Positions 27,456-40,254 of a stretch of 64,000 bases of DNA are shown here, one piece after another (position 1 is the first letter of the stretch; each line of letters begins with the position of its first letter). The notes under the pieces were generated by a model. The model was given only the letters and a program-made list of their open reading frames with translations. It was not told the origin of the DNA and ran no database searches. The position numbers and the translations under genes are program-made. The DNA is from Lytechinus pictus (taxonomy: Eukaryota): positions 16,122,001 through 16,186,000 of the forward strand of contig NC_087252.1 in NCBI RefSeq assembly GCF_037042905.1, given 5' to 3'.

Positions 27456-28181
27456 CTAGCATAAACAAGGTAACAATGTAAACAAATAATTACCATTAAA
27501 GGGATGCTATGGGCTGAAGATATTTATATCTCAAAATTCATTTGACAAATTCTTTGCATAAATTAGAGATAGCTAGATTTATTCGCTCATGGGTGCATTA
27601 CTGCCGCCGTGTACAGGAAAATTGAAGGCATGGCGCATGCGAAATTGCAACAAACTCCTGCAAATTTAATCAGAGGATTTACAGAAGGAAGTCCTCCTAC
27701 GAAACTCACCGAACGATGTGAGGTCAATTCCTCCTAATATGATGAATATCCCTCAAATAGCACAATTTTTTGTCTAATGGGATAAAGAGGGCGCACAATT
27801 TATCTTCGTATCAAAGACACTCACAGGGAAAGACTAGGCACAAAAACTATCTTACACTTTAATAAATCGATGCAAAGCATTACGCAAAGTAAAAAAAGTG
27901 TCCAATCTTTTTACTGTAAAGACTTTGGTGGAACGTAAATTGACAAACGAACAGTAGCACTTGTGGGGCTTTGTTCAAGGTACGTAGAATTTTTTATATT
28001 TTTTGTTTAATTCGTCATCGCTTTGAATATTTTCCAAAAAGTATTATCGTCAGCAAAAGTAATATGAAAAGTATATTTTTTTAAGTTATTGCATTTATTG
28101 GTGTCTCTATTTTTATCAAACAATCACTGGAATTGCGCATACAATTGCGCTAGTTTAAAAAACACTGACAAGCTTAATTAA

Positions 28182-28728
28182 AGGAGAATGAAAAATTAAA
28201 GAAACAGATCAACGAAAGTTTGAGAAAATCCGACAAATAATGAGAAAGTTATCAGCATTTGAATATTGTGATCACTAATACTATAAGGATCCTCAAATTG
28301 GCAATGCTACAAATATGTGTGATGTCACTTGTGAACAACTCTCCCCCATTACTTTAGAATATATTTCACTTAAATTGCCTCTTTTATCACATATATCAGT
28401 AGATGTGTTCTTTCTATAGGAGGGCATGTAATACAGATTTTCAAAGAATACATTATGGATTAAGAGTTTGTATCACCATAGGAAAAGCAAAAAGAGGCAT
28501 TTTGAGGGTATTTTTATAGTCCATCAAAGGGAAAGTTGTTCACATGTGACATCACACATCCTTGTCGCATTGCCAATAGGAGGATCTCCATAGCATTAGT
28601 GATTGCAATATTCAAATGCTCATAACTTTGTCATGATTTGTCTGATTTTTCTCAAACTTTCTTTAAATTTATTCTTTGATTTTTCTGTTTTGACGCATAC
28701 CTACTTGTTCCAAAGGTTTCATTCCTCT
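28182..28728. mobile_element. Kolobok-like MITE (family also at 60640-61637)
   Basis: ttaa|aggagaatgaaa ... tttcattcctct|ttaa. Confidence 0.8.
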
Positions 28729-28824
28729 TTAAGGTTGTGAAGTGGTCATTTTCAAACATAAGTGGACATGGAGGTGAAAATCAAAACTTGCTAGAAACCA
28801 GTAGGCTTCAATGGTTTTTGAAAC

Positions 28825-29020
28825 TAGACATCTCAAAGTATGTTTTTTCTATTTCAGTTACATAACATTTTTGATTGTGTCTTGCAATACAGTGAATTTA
28901 GTGCAAAGGAAATTTAATGTTACAAAATTAAATTTCCTTTGCACTAAATTCACTGTATTTCAAGACACAATTAATAATCTTATGTAACTGAAATAGAAAA
29001 AACATACTTTGAGATGTCTA
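28825..29020. repeat. Near-perfect 196-bp palindrome (hairpin)
   Basis: Arms of about 94 bp (tagacatctcaaagtatg... / ...catactttgagatgtcta) around an 8-nt loop. Confidence 0.9.
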
Positions 29021-31608
29021 TGCTGATTTTTGCATTAAAATTCCCATATTGCCTATCACAATATAAAATTTGTATTAGAAGCCTATTTGTTGGCAAGATA
29101 CAAGTTCTGTATTGTATCTAACTCCTGAATAAAAAAAAAAAAATTATCTGAAGTGTTTTTCTGAAAAAAGTAGATCTTTAAAAAGTTTTCTAGAGCTGTG
29201 TATTCTGAAAATTAATTTATCCCAGTACAGGAGCAAATACAGTTTTCCCATACCTTATTGTATATAAAGTAACTTGGTCCAATTTTTTGCAAGAACGTCT
29301 CAGGTGAGAATATACTACGATTTAAAAGAGCATTTTGGATATTGCTTGATGTAGCTACAAGCCTGGTTCAAAATCATTCTTTGTTCAGCCACCATTCATA
29401 CCACTAGTGATGAACTAGGGTCTGCACAGCAAACTACTGTGAGCTGGCCGATGTGGGTTGGGGGTTCGGAGCAGATTTGCATTACACACAACAAATTGAT
29501 AGAGTAAATTATGTAGGTACCAACAAGTCCCAACCAAGACCGAATTTGCATTTAAGCAACTTTGGTGAGTTGCTGTGTTTTCATGTAGATCAATTTTTCT
29601 TGGGGGGTACCCTGGTTAGAACTGAGCTGGACCTCATGGGGAAAAAGCTATAGAGGTATATAGGGAGAGTATTTGATGGTTGGGGATTCTGAATTGAATT
29701 TCAGTGTAACATCCAAGGCTCATCAAAGAAAAGGCTAATGATATGTGGTTGTAGGTAATACCAACAGACTGCTGTGGCTTTTTGCAAGAATCAGGTACTG
29801 ACTATGCATCTTTCATCTTGTGGCTATATCTATGTATTACCGGTGGTTTGGTCTATTATCAAATATAATAATTAGCAATGAAAAGCAGCTTGCAAGATTC
29901 CTGCTGGAAAAATCATAGCTCTGAATTTTGGTACAGTGCCTTTGGAGGGGTCCACATGCAAGCAGTGTTCAGGAGAAAACCAATGCTTGATGAATTGAAC
30001 TTGATCCCTATTAAAGTTTCTCAAGGATTTGCCATCTGAAGTGTGCAGCCAAGTAACTTTGGTTTGGTACAGTGTACAAAAAAAGAAGCTGCCAAGTCCT
30101 ATTTGGACAATGCCTAAAATATAAGGACGAAGATATTGTAATCCAATATTTCAAGAAAAAGTAGTCAAACATGACATCATTGGCTACCAGACCATGCCAG
30201 ATGGTGCGAGTGACTATTGAAAATACCTTTCTTACAGGGAAAAATTATTCTATCAGTTGTGGTTGCTGAATTTTAAACTTGTAAACTGTCATATACAGAT
30301 AGGGAGAAAGAGTTTTGAATGAAATCAGGCCACAAAAAGAATGTTTGAGTTGATGTCAATGCCAAGACCACATAACACCTCCTTCAAGTGCCTCCTCCTC
30401 CAAAGAGGAGAGTGGTATAAGCCAGAGTGTGACAATAATGCGGTATGGTATAGGGAATGTGAGTTGAAGGGCAAATATGACCATAAACCAAGAACAAATC
30501 ATTAGGAGGACACATTATCAACTTTGAAGAAGGCAGTTGTTATGTAATTAAGCTTGTTTTTTGGTTGATGGGATTTCACTCTGGTACATCATGCCAAAAA
30601 TGCTTTCGTTGTTGAGATAAATGTTGTATTTTTGCACTTGTCGTGTCACTCACGGTATATAGGAGGGCACCATTTTCCATAGAGAAGGTTTGATTGATTC
30701 TGACTTAAGGCGCCTTAAGGCCTACTTTTTCAAAGCCTTGGCCTTGAACATTCAAGCCTTGGCCTTGAGAGGGCCTTGGCCTTGGGGACTTTGTCACCAT
30801 TATCAAGAATTTTCAAACAAAGAATACATCAGTTTTGAAAAATAGCATTATGTATTGGTAATGTGTTGTAATCATGACTAATGATGAAAATGACAGTAAA
30901 TAATCATGATCAAGATAATAGTGCTTTGATGACAAGTGCTTTTATGCCCTTTTAACAATGATTAGCCCCATAATTGACCATAAATCAAGTTTTACAACTT
31001 TTTTTTTCAAAACTGCTTGCTCGCTATGCTTTGCCGCTGAGAAGTAAAACCTAAATCAAAATATCTATCTTATAACTAAAAATCACTTTAGAAAGCCTTT
31101 GCTCAACTTAATTTCTACAAAACACACAATTACTTCACGCAGTTCATAATCTCAGTTTGAAAATACATGTATCTGTTTGCACAAAACACTCATTTTGATA
31201 AATGAGTGCCTTTTTGGCGTTGACCCCCCCCCCCAATAATAATTTTCTGCTGCCCCTGTCCCAGGGAGTGGAGAATAACATACGTTGAGAATGCCAGGAT
31301 CAGATGACCGTGGTAATGATAATTATTGCAATGTAAATCGCCAAGAAAAATTATGGATTATGTGTACACAGGTAACTATATCATTATTTTAATATGTCTC
31401 TATCATGAAATTATTTTTGTTTTAAAAGTACAAAGGTTAAATATTTTCTCGCTCAGTCCCCTCGCTCACATACATTTTACCATGTGTGATGTCTGCCGCC
31501 TAAGTATTGTTAGTTCATTGTTCTGTATATCGTAAGTTTGAAATGCCTTGGCCTTGCAGTTTTCAGGCCTCGGCCTTGAGTTTCCATGCCTTGGCCTTGG
31601 CCTTTGGG

Positions 31609-32971
31609 CAAGTCCAAGAAAAGGTCACCCTACATGTAGAAGGCAAAATTTCATCTTTAATTTAAGAAGTTATCTTTGGTGGGGTAAGAAAGCCCAAATG
31701 TTGAATTTTAAAATTTCATTAAGAAAAATTTGATAATATGCATATTTATGCTAATTTGGGGCACCTTATTTGCATAATTGGTAAAATGGGCGTTACGTAT
31801 GGGACAATTATAAAAACTCATAGAAAATAAAAACAAAACTTGTGAGATTTAGTCATAGGTGGGACATGGACCCCCTAACATCTTATTGCTTTGGGGGGGG
31901 GGGGGGGAAAGTGGTGTCATCTAATTAAATATGCAAATTAGGTCTTGGCCAAGGATGGAATGTCCCATACGTAACATTTTGAGGATTTTTTAAAAGTTAT
32001 TTCTCATAATACAATACTTGTATTATTGTATCTCTGGGAAGTTCTAATTTATCAAGTATGAAAATGTTATACCACAAAAAGTTTCAAAAATATAGTTTAC
32101 TTTTTAATTAAACGTTAATCAAAAAATTGTTACGTATGGGACAACATGTTACGTATGGGACATTTACACACAATGTCAATGGGGAGATTTGTGTACAAAG
32201 TGAATGGAGAAAAAAAAATTTCAAGAATGCTCTAAAAAGTGATTATTTACCTTTTCTTAAGTTTTTAAAGACTGATTTGTTATGAATACTGATTAATGAA
32301 AACAATCGAAGCAAAAAAATTGTGAAAAAGGAAAAATATGAAAAAAATAAAAAACAGAAATACATAAGAAATTCTTGAAACCATGAAAATCAAGAAAAAT
32401 AATCATTGAAATGGCTAATTTCCTTTTCAGTCATATCAAATATGTCTCAATAGAACATTTTAAAAGAAAAAAACTCTTTAGTTATTTTTATATTTTAGAT
32501 TATTTTAATTTTTGAAATTATGGGGGAAATTGTGTACATTATCTATGGGGACAAAATGTCCCATACGTAACTGTCCCATACGTAACATGTCATTAATTTG
32601 TTTAATTAGAGTCTGTAATTAGAGGGTTTTGGCTTAAGACATGAAACTTGCCTTAGATATAATAGAGTGTTGTGACTTCTATCACACTATGTTACAAGTT
32701 GTCAAATGAAATACTTTCAGAGAATTCTCAACTTGAAAAAAATGTTTTAAAAGTTGTATTTTTTCTGCTTCCCATACGTAACGGCACATCTTTTCTCTCT
32801 AAAAGGTCAAGGACAAGGTCATATGTCACTATTTTTTGCATGATTATTCTTCTCCTAGATGTCTACCATCATGAGGTAATTCAATCTAATCAAAGTCATT
32901 TAACACTATTTTTCAGGTCATAAAAGCCTCTGAAATATCCCATACGTGACGCGCGCGAATTCTTGGACTTG
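31609..32971. mobile_element. TIR element with a repeated gttacgtatgggaca motif, nested in a (ggcctt)n-rich hAT-like element (about 30715-33010)
   Basis: caagtccaagaa...ttcttggacttg termini; eight copies of the 15-bp motif in both orientations. Confidence 0.7.
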
Positions 32972-33014
32972 AAGCCTTGGCCTTAGAGGGTTGAGCCTTG
33001 ACTACAACACTTAA

Positions 33015-35094
33015 TAGCCGACTAATGCCATGGTTAACTTCGAACTGGTTAATTCCGAACTTTACGTTTAATTAGGTTTAGACAGATGTTAGCTTATTTG
33101 CCATGGTTTGTCTAGTCCGTATACAAAACCAGTCCTAGATCTTTAAAAAAAATATATTAGTTCGAGTCTAGTCTCTATACATCTAGACTCTGATCTACGC
33201 TGTATCAGCATGGAACCACTAGTGTACCAAGGGGGGGGGGGGCAGACTGCCCCTCTGACGAGTCACAACTGATTCAGGGGACGTGCCCCCCCCCCTTTGA
33301 GAAGCCAAATTAATAATTTGTAATGTAAAATGCAATGAAAAAGACGTATGTCCCCTCTTTTGAATGTGAAGATCTTTTCTCTCTTTTTTTTTTTTGGGGG
33401 GGGGGCTTGTCACATTTTTTCGCGTACGAAATATCCTCCAAAAATTTGCCCCCCTTTTGGAAAATCCTACATGTAGGTACGCCAGTGCATCAGTGGCGTA
33501 GCTACAAGGGGGGGGGGGGGGGGCTGGGGGCACGTGCCCCCCCTGAGATTTGGTGTGCCCCCCCCCCCCCAGGTGCCCCCCAGAAAAAAATAGGCAGAGC
33601 AAAAAAAGGGGGGAGAAAGAAGAAAAGAAAAAGGAAAAGAAGAATAAAGACAGAAGAAAAAAAGAAGAGGAAAATAAGGGGAAGAAGGCGAGTGAATGAA
33701 ATAATGCGAGGGGAAGACTTGAAAAAAATCTTTCATGTTACTATATAAAATTTTTGCTTGCGCTTCGCGCCAGAATTGCCTGTTCAATGAGATTCATATC
33801 TTGCTCAATAGGCTGATAAGGAGCAAGTTTTGAAGTCAAGATACAAATCATAATTTAGCTCGGACTTCGTTCGAGCTTTCATTGTTTTTTTTTTTCATTT
33901 ACAAATTTAAGTGCTCTGTAAAATGTCCGTTTTATGGTCTACTTATCAGCATTTTAAGCTCACGCTGCGTGGTCACATTGTTTGATTTGCCAGGTTCATA
34001 ATGTCTACGTGTATTCCATAATGTTCCATTAAACAAATGTATTTAGAATGCCCAGATTCTAGGTCTATTATCTAAAACATGCGCGATAGCCTGCATGTTC
34101 TTTATTTAAAATGTACTTAAATTATCCAGTTTCACATCAGAATATCAATAATTGTCTGCTCACGCTTCACGTTCGCATTATTAATGATACCCAATTAACT
34201 ACATGTATATCCTATTTATGATTACAAAAATGAATAGTGTCCTGCTTTTAGGTCTAAAATCTCAATTTTCTTCCTCTCGCGCTCCGCGCTCGCATCAATT
34301 GTTTAGTTACATACCTATCCCATTTATTAACACAAAAAGTGCTTAGAATGACATTTTTTTAGGTCGGAATGTCAAAAATTGCTCGCACTTCGCGCTCGCG
34401 CGCTCGCATTATTGAAAAATATACCGTCTTCGTGGGTAACTGAAAGCAGTCCTTAACAGGTCCCTTTTCGATAATGCTAGAACAGTTAATACAAATTTCT
34501 GCTCGTGCTTGGCGTTTGCTGTAACCATCTAGTTACATACGAATGTTGTTCAGGATCACACATACCATTGCCCATAATATTTAAAAAAAAAGGACCCCCC
34601 CCCCAGGGAAAAAATCCTAGCTACGCCACTGCAGTGCATGGAACGTATTCTAACGCCAGGCACAAACTAACGTCAGTGATCTTGATCCCCGTCTTCACCC
34701 CAAATTAAGGATTTCTTAGCTGAAAAAAATTTGACAAGCAAAAAAAAAGGTCTTCACGTTCAAAAGAGGGGACATAAGTCTTTTTTGGTTGCATTTTGAC
34801 ATTACAAATTATTAATTTGGCTTCTCAAAGGGGGGGGGGGGGGCACGTGTGCCCTGGATCAGTTGTAAATCGTCAGGGGGCAGTCTGCCCCCCCCCTGGC
34901 ACACTAGTTGTTCCATGCTGATACAGCGTAGATCAGAGTCTAGATCTAGAGACTAGACTAGAACTAAGATATTGTTTTTTTAGAGCTAGGACTGGTTCTG
35001 TATACGGACTAGACATATTAAACCATGGTAAATAAAATCAAACGTAAATTTCGGAATTTAACGGTCCGAAGTTAACCATAGCATTAGCCGGCTA
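33015..35094. mobile_element. Long-TIR element (TAG...CTA ends, TTAA flanks)
   Basis: Inverted arms of about 400 bp (33015-33430 vs 34710-35094). Confidence 0.7.
33491..34631. mobile_element. hAT-like non-autonomous element
   Basis: cagtggcgtagcta...tagctacgccactg; exact 8-bp TSD cagtgcat. Confidence 0.9.
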
Positions 35095-35142
35095 TTAATA
35101 TTAGTATTAGGCATTAGACAGGTCCAGATTTGAGGTAAAGTT

Positions 35143-36223
35143 CAGGGGCGGATCCAGCTTTCGCCAATAGGGGGGGCCGAAAAATATTTTCATCAACATT
35201 TTTCTCGATTGGCCGCTATATATAATCAGATTTTTTGTTGGTTTTTCAGGGGTTAGTCCTAACTAAAGACTGAAGTTTCAAGTATATGTTAGTTTTTATT
35301 GTTATAAACAAGTTAAGGTATCTCATGTGGTCTTAATATATAATGCGAGCGCGAAGCGCGAGCTCAAATTCTTTGATATTTTATGTCCTTAGACCTGAAG
35401 ATTCTGAGAAGATTTATAATCATGAAAAAAAATAAGTATCCAACTAAACAATGCGAACGCGAAGCGCGAGTCGAAATTTTATTATAGTAACATGAAAAGA
35501 GGATTCAATTAGGACTGTTTTTTAGTGATAAATGAAGAGGATTACAAGTATCACCAATTAAATAATGAGAGTGCGAAGCGCGAGCTCAAAATTTTTGATA
35601 TTCCGACCTGAAAGCTGGACAGTCTGAGCGCGTTTTTATTTTAATAAAGAACAAAGCTGTGTGTCTCAAACAATTAAATGCAAGCGCGAAGCACGAGCTT
35701 AATTTTTTGATATACTGACATGATAAAGGAGCATTTTGACAAATTTTGGCAAGAATTTCCAAAGAGGATAGGTAACTCACAAATCAAACAATGCAAGCGC
35801 GCAGCGCGAGCTGAAAATTGTGATATATACTAACAATTTGTGTAAATCAAACAAAATGATGAAAGCTTGATGTGCGAGCTAAAATATTGTGTGCAAATTG
35901 ATTTCAGAACTGGATATATAAGTGCCATTTAATCCTCTTGAATGGGATTCATTACACAGGCAATGCGAGCACGAAGCGCGAGCGAAATTTTTTATATAAA
36001 GTCTATTTTCCAATTCTTCCCTCACCTTTTTCTTGTTTCCTTTCGGGGTCGGGCCGGCCGTTACGAGGCTGTAAATTACACATCATGGGTATGCTACCTC
36101 TTTCTTACTTTTCTTTCTGTTTTTCATAATTTCTATCAAGTTAAAGAGTACACTTTTTTCTGCAGGTTGTCAAAAAATAGGGGGGGCCGGGGCCGGCTCG
36201 GCCCCCTCCTGGATCCGCGCCTG
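35143..36223. mobile_element. TIR element with an internal repeat of about 115 bp (gcgagcgcgaagcgcgag)
   Basis: caggggcggatcca...tggatccgcgcctg; 5-bp flanking repeat aagtt. Confidence 0.8.
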
Positions 36224-36384
36224 AAGTTAATGCGCTAGCCTAAGCTAGCCCCAGCCTAGCACATGTCTTGCCATTAATGGCGGCTACTCTTAATCCGAAG
36301 ACGCAAGTGGTGGGAAAAATAATTTAACCCCCTGGCTACCCCCCCCCTCCCGGGTCATATGGCAAGGTTCCCCCAATGATATAA

Positions 36385-39194
36385 TAGTCCAGGATAGAAG
36401 AGGCATAACCTTGTTTTTTTATATATACAATATTTTTTAAGGGTTTCTTGTCAATTCGAGGGTGCTGATTACGAATCTGAATGATGCCACTCGTGTAACC
36501 TTGAGCATTTTCCGCAAATTGGCAAAATCCAAAAAGGCCGCCAAAATATGCAAATTACCCACGAAAATCATAAAATTGTCCGCACATTGGCTATAAAATG
36601 CATGAAATTGTATAGCAGGAGTGAAATACTCTCTGAAAATATAATTTTTGTCAAATATTTATTTTCCTGATATTCAAAATGACCGCCATAGGCCCTTGTA
36701 TACTTTATTATGTACAATATGAATAGGGAAAACTAATTTTCACAGAAATGAGCACTAAACTGAAAAAATCGAGATGTATGAACGAAGAAATATATGCAAA
36801 TCATCATTACTAACGAGATATATAATTTATTATGTCATATATGGGAACATTGCTGTATTTTGATATCTAAAATAGCTGCCACTGGTCCAAACAGTATTGC
36901 GTACAATGGCAATTGGGGCCCCAAAAATGACAAGAGTGAGCACTAAGATGCATATTATTAAGATTAAACGAGTGGAATACTGACTAAAAACATAATTGTT
37001 ATCGAAATATATTATTAATATGCCATGTATGTGATGAATATTGTATTTTGATATTCAAAATGGATGCAAAAGGCCCTAAAAGTATTATGCACAATGATAA
37101 AGAGGAGCAAAGAAGTCACAAGAGTGAGCACTAAAATGCATATACATGTGATTAATGGGATACTCTCTAGAAACGTATTTTCTATCGAAATATATCATTC
37201 AGGTTTCAAGTTTGTGTTAAATACTGTGTTTTGACTTTCAAAATGGCCGCCATGGACATTAACTGTATTATGTATAATGCAAAGTGGGAAACCAATATTT
37301 ACAGGAGTAAGCACCATAAATGCACACAATGGTGATCTATGAGTAAAATACTGTCTGAAAGCATAATTTATATTAAGATATATCATTTATTCTGCCAGTT
37401 AGGTGATAAATACTGTTATTTTAAAGTCAAAATGGCCGCTACAGGCCCTTACACGGTATTATGAACAATGTGAATGGGAACAAATCATTTCAACAAAATT
37501 TGGCTTTGCTTGGCCAAATGCCGTGGCCAAATGGTGATGTATGAGTGAAATATTGTCTAAAAACATGATTTATAACAAAATATAATGTAATGTATAAATG
37601 TAATTTAGGTAATGAATACTGTATTTCAACATTCAAAATGACTGCCATATGCCCTTTTTGTGAACATTATTTGTCTCCACTCAAATTGTATATATTATAC
37701 GATAAGGGCCTATGGTGGCCATTTTCAATTTAAAAATGCAGCATTTATCACCTTAATTACACAACATTATGATGTATCTCGTTAGAAACCATGGTTTTAG
37801 ACAATAATTCACCCTTACATCACAATTCACAATTATATGCAACATTTATGGTCAAGCAAAGCCAAATTCTGTCAAAATTATTTGTCCAATGTTACAATGT
37901 ACACAATACTTTTAGGACCTATGACAGTCATTTTGGATTTCAAAGTACAGCATTTATTACATCCACGACCAATATATGATGTATTTAGTTAGAAATCATG
38001 TTTAAGACAATATTTTTACTCGTACATCACAGTTATATGCATTTTATCATTCTCACTCTTGTGAAAATTAGTTTCCCTGTTCGCATGTTACATATTTTAG
38101 TTAGGGCTTGTAGAGGTTTAAATAATTTTAATGTCAAAATACAGTATTTATCACCTATATGGCAGAAGAAACGCTATAATTTATAAAAAAATATGTTTTC
38201 AAATAACATTTTACTCATACAATAGGATTATAATGGATATGTCATAGTCAAGCAAATCCAAATTCTTACAAAATTATATGTCCCCATTCACATTGTAGAT
38301 AATACCGTTAGGGCCTATAGGGGCCATTTTGAATTTCATAATACAGCATTTATCTCATGCATGACAAAAGAAATGATATGTCTTGCTATAAAACATGTTG
38401 TCAGACAATATTTTACTCGTAAATCACAATAACATGCATTTTATGTTTCATAATCGTGTGAAAATTAGTTTCTCCATTCGCATTGTACATGATAAATATA
38501 GGGCCTATGGCGGCCATTTTGAATTTCAAAATACAGCATTTATCACATAAATGGCATATTAACAATTATGTTTTTAGTCAGTATTCCACTCATTTATCTT
38601 AATAATATGCATTTTAGTGCTCACTCTTGTCATTTTTTGGGCCCTGGCCATTGCCATTGTACATTATACTCTTTGGGCCAGTGGCGGCTATTTTAGACAA
38701 CAAAATACAGCAATGTTCCCATATATGACATAATAAATGATATATCTCGTTAGTAATTATGATTTGCATATATCACTTTGTTCATACATCGCGATTTTTT
38801 GCAGTTTGGTGCTCATTTTTGTGAAAATTTGTTTTCCCTATTCATATTGTACATAATAGAGTATACAATGGCCTATGGCGGCCATTTTGAATATCAGGAA
38901 AATAAATATTTTGTCAAAAAATATTTTTTTCAGAGAGTATTTCACTCCTGCTATACAATTTCATGCACATTCCATAGCCAATGTGCGGACAATTTTATGA
39001 TTTTCATGGGCAATTTGCATATTTTGGCGGCCATATTGGATTTTGCCAATTTGCGGAAAATGCTCAACGTTACACGAGTGGCATCATCCAGATTCGTAAT
39101 CAGCACCCTCGAATTGACAACAAACCATAAAAAAATATTGTATGTATGAAAAAACAAGGTTTGGTCCATTGTTTATGTGGCCTATCCTGGACTA
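36385..39194. mobile_element. Academ-like non-autonomous foldback element, copy 2 (same family as 17362-20142)
   Basis: Same termini and colinear internal sequence; flanks taa / tat. Confidence 0.85.
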
Positions 39195-39879
39195 TATACC
39201 TTGTTCTCAGTTACATCTCAATGTGTGGCAAAATAAGGGTGGAAATTTTGGCTTATTTTCTCTTTTTCTATGGGGCAAATGCTTGATTTTCTTACTGTCA
39301 GTTTCCAATACAGCTATTCATCATATAACTACGCTCTTAGTCTTATGTAAATTTGATTCTTTAAATTATTTTTTATATTAAAAATAGAGACTGAAAAATG
39401 AATTTTTTTAAATTTTCTTGCCATATTACTTTCCACCAATAGAGGGCGTACACAAAAATATGCCCAAAATTCAAGTTTTTGAGCGCTCTGGTGAATACAA
39501 ACATTATTCTATTATGCTATACTGTACAGACGCGTGCGTCCGATAACGTTGGCGAAAAACAATATGAAACAAGATGGCGGCGTAAACTTCGGGCAAGTCT
39601 CTTCCGTCTTTTCACAATATTTTTCTCATTTTTTTGATGAATTCTTGTTCAAAAATAACGAGAGCGTAGAAATAGAAGATAATTGGAACTACTGAATTCA
39701 TATTTTTAGTGTAATCCAAAGACAAAAAAGAAGGCTTCAAAAATATAAAGTGTCCGGACACCCGACCCCCCCCCCCCCCATCCTACTATACTGGGGTGGA
39801 GCCTAGCGACACGAACATCGCTAAGGCCTAAGCCTTGGGGTAACCTAGCGGTACTGGCACCGGTACCTACCCACCCCGA

Positions 39880-40230
39880 CCCGTGCCGCGTTTCCACCCG
39901 CAAACCATCACAAAATTTTGTAAAATATGTCAACGCGCTATTTTCCAATCTCTCTTCAACAAATCAGACTCTTTCTTCCTCAAACCACAAGGAGCTTACC
40001 ACATATAGTCCTACCAAGTTAACGTATAAAAAAGCACGAAATTGGTGTTTCTCTGAGACTGGGTCTCTGCCAGAGAGACGACTCAGACTCAGTCAATCTG
40101 CCATGTTACGGTATCTCGTTAGCCCCGGGCGCGGCGCGGCCTCGCCTCAACAACATTCATCTGCGCTAGCTGTGCGTCCATATCTAGGCTAGGCTAGGCG
40201 GCTCGGCTTGCAGCTCAAGAACAGTTATTA
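39880..40230 (-). promoter_or_regulatory. CpG-rich candidate promoter or non-coding first exon of locus A
   Basis: Local CpG/GC enrichment, AACATGGC motif at about 40105, minus-strand donor gtg|gtaag at about 39999. Confidence 0.3.
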
Positions 40231-40254
40231 CCGGTATATATGCCATCCAATAGT

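Larger units (their letters stand above)
27700..30630 (+). pseudogene. Heavily decayed SWIM plus YqaJ-type nuclease ORF, possibly Kolobok cargo
   Basis: Motif relics in the expected order: CS(Y)KPG at 29350, CTANYCE at 29423, IT-SF at about 30372, MRYGIGN at 30438, VEI-C at 30611; many stops and frameshifts. Confidence 0.4.

Noticed and set aside
33335..33748. Lys/Arg-rich ORFs (also 40208-40474)
   Set aside because: Poly-G and purine-rich tracts of hAT-like MITEs
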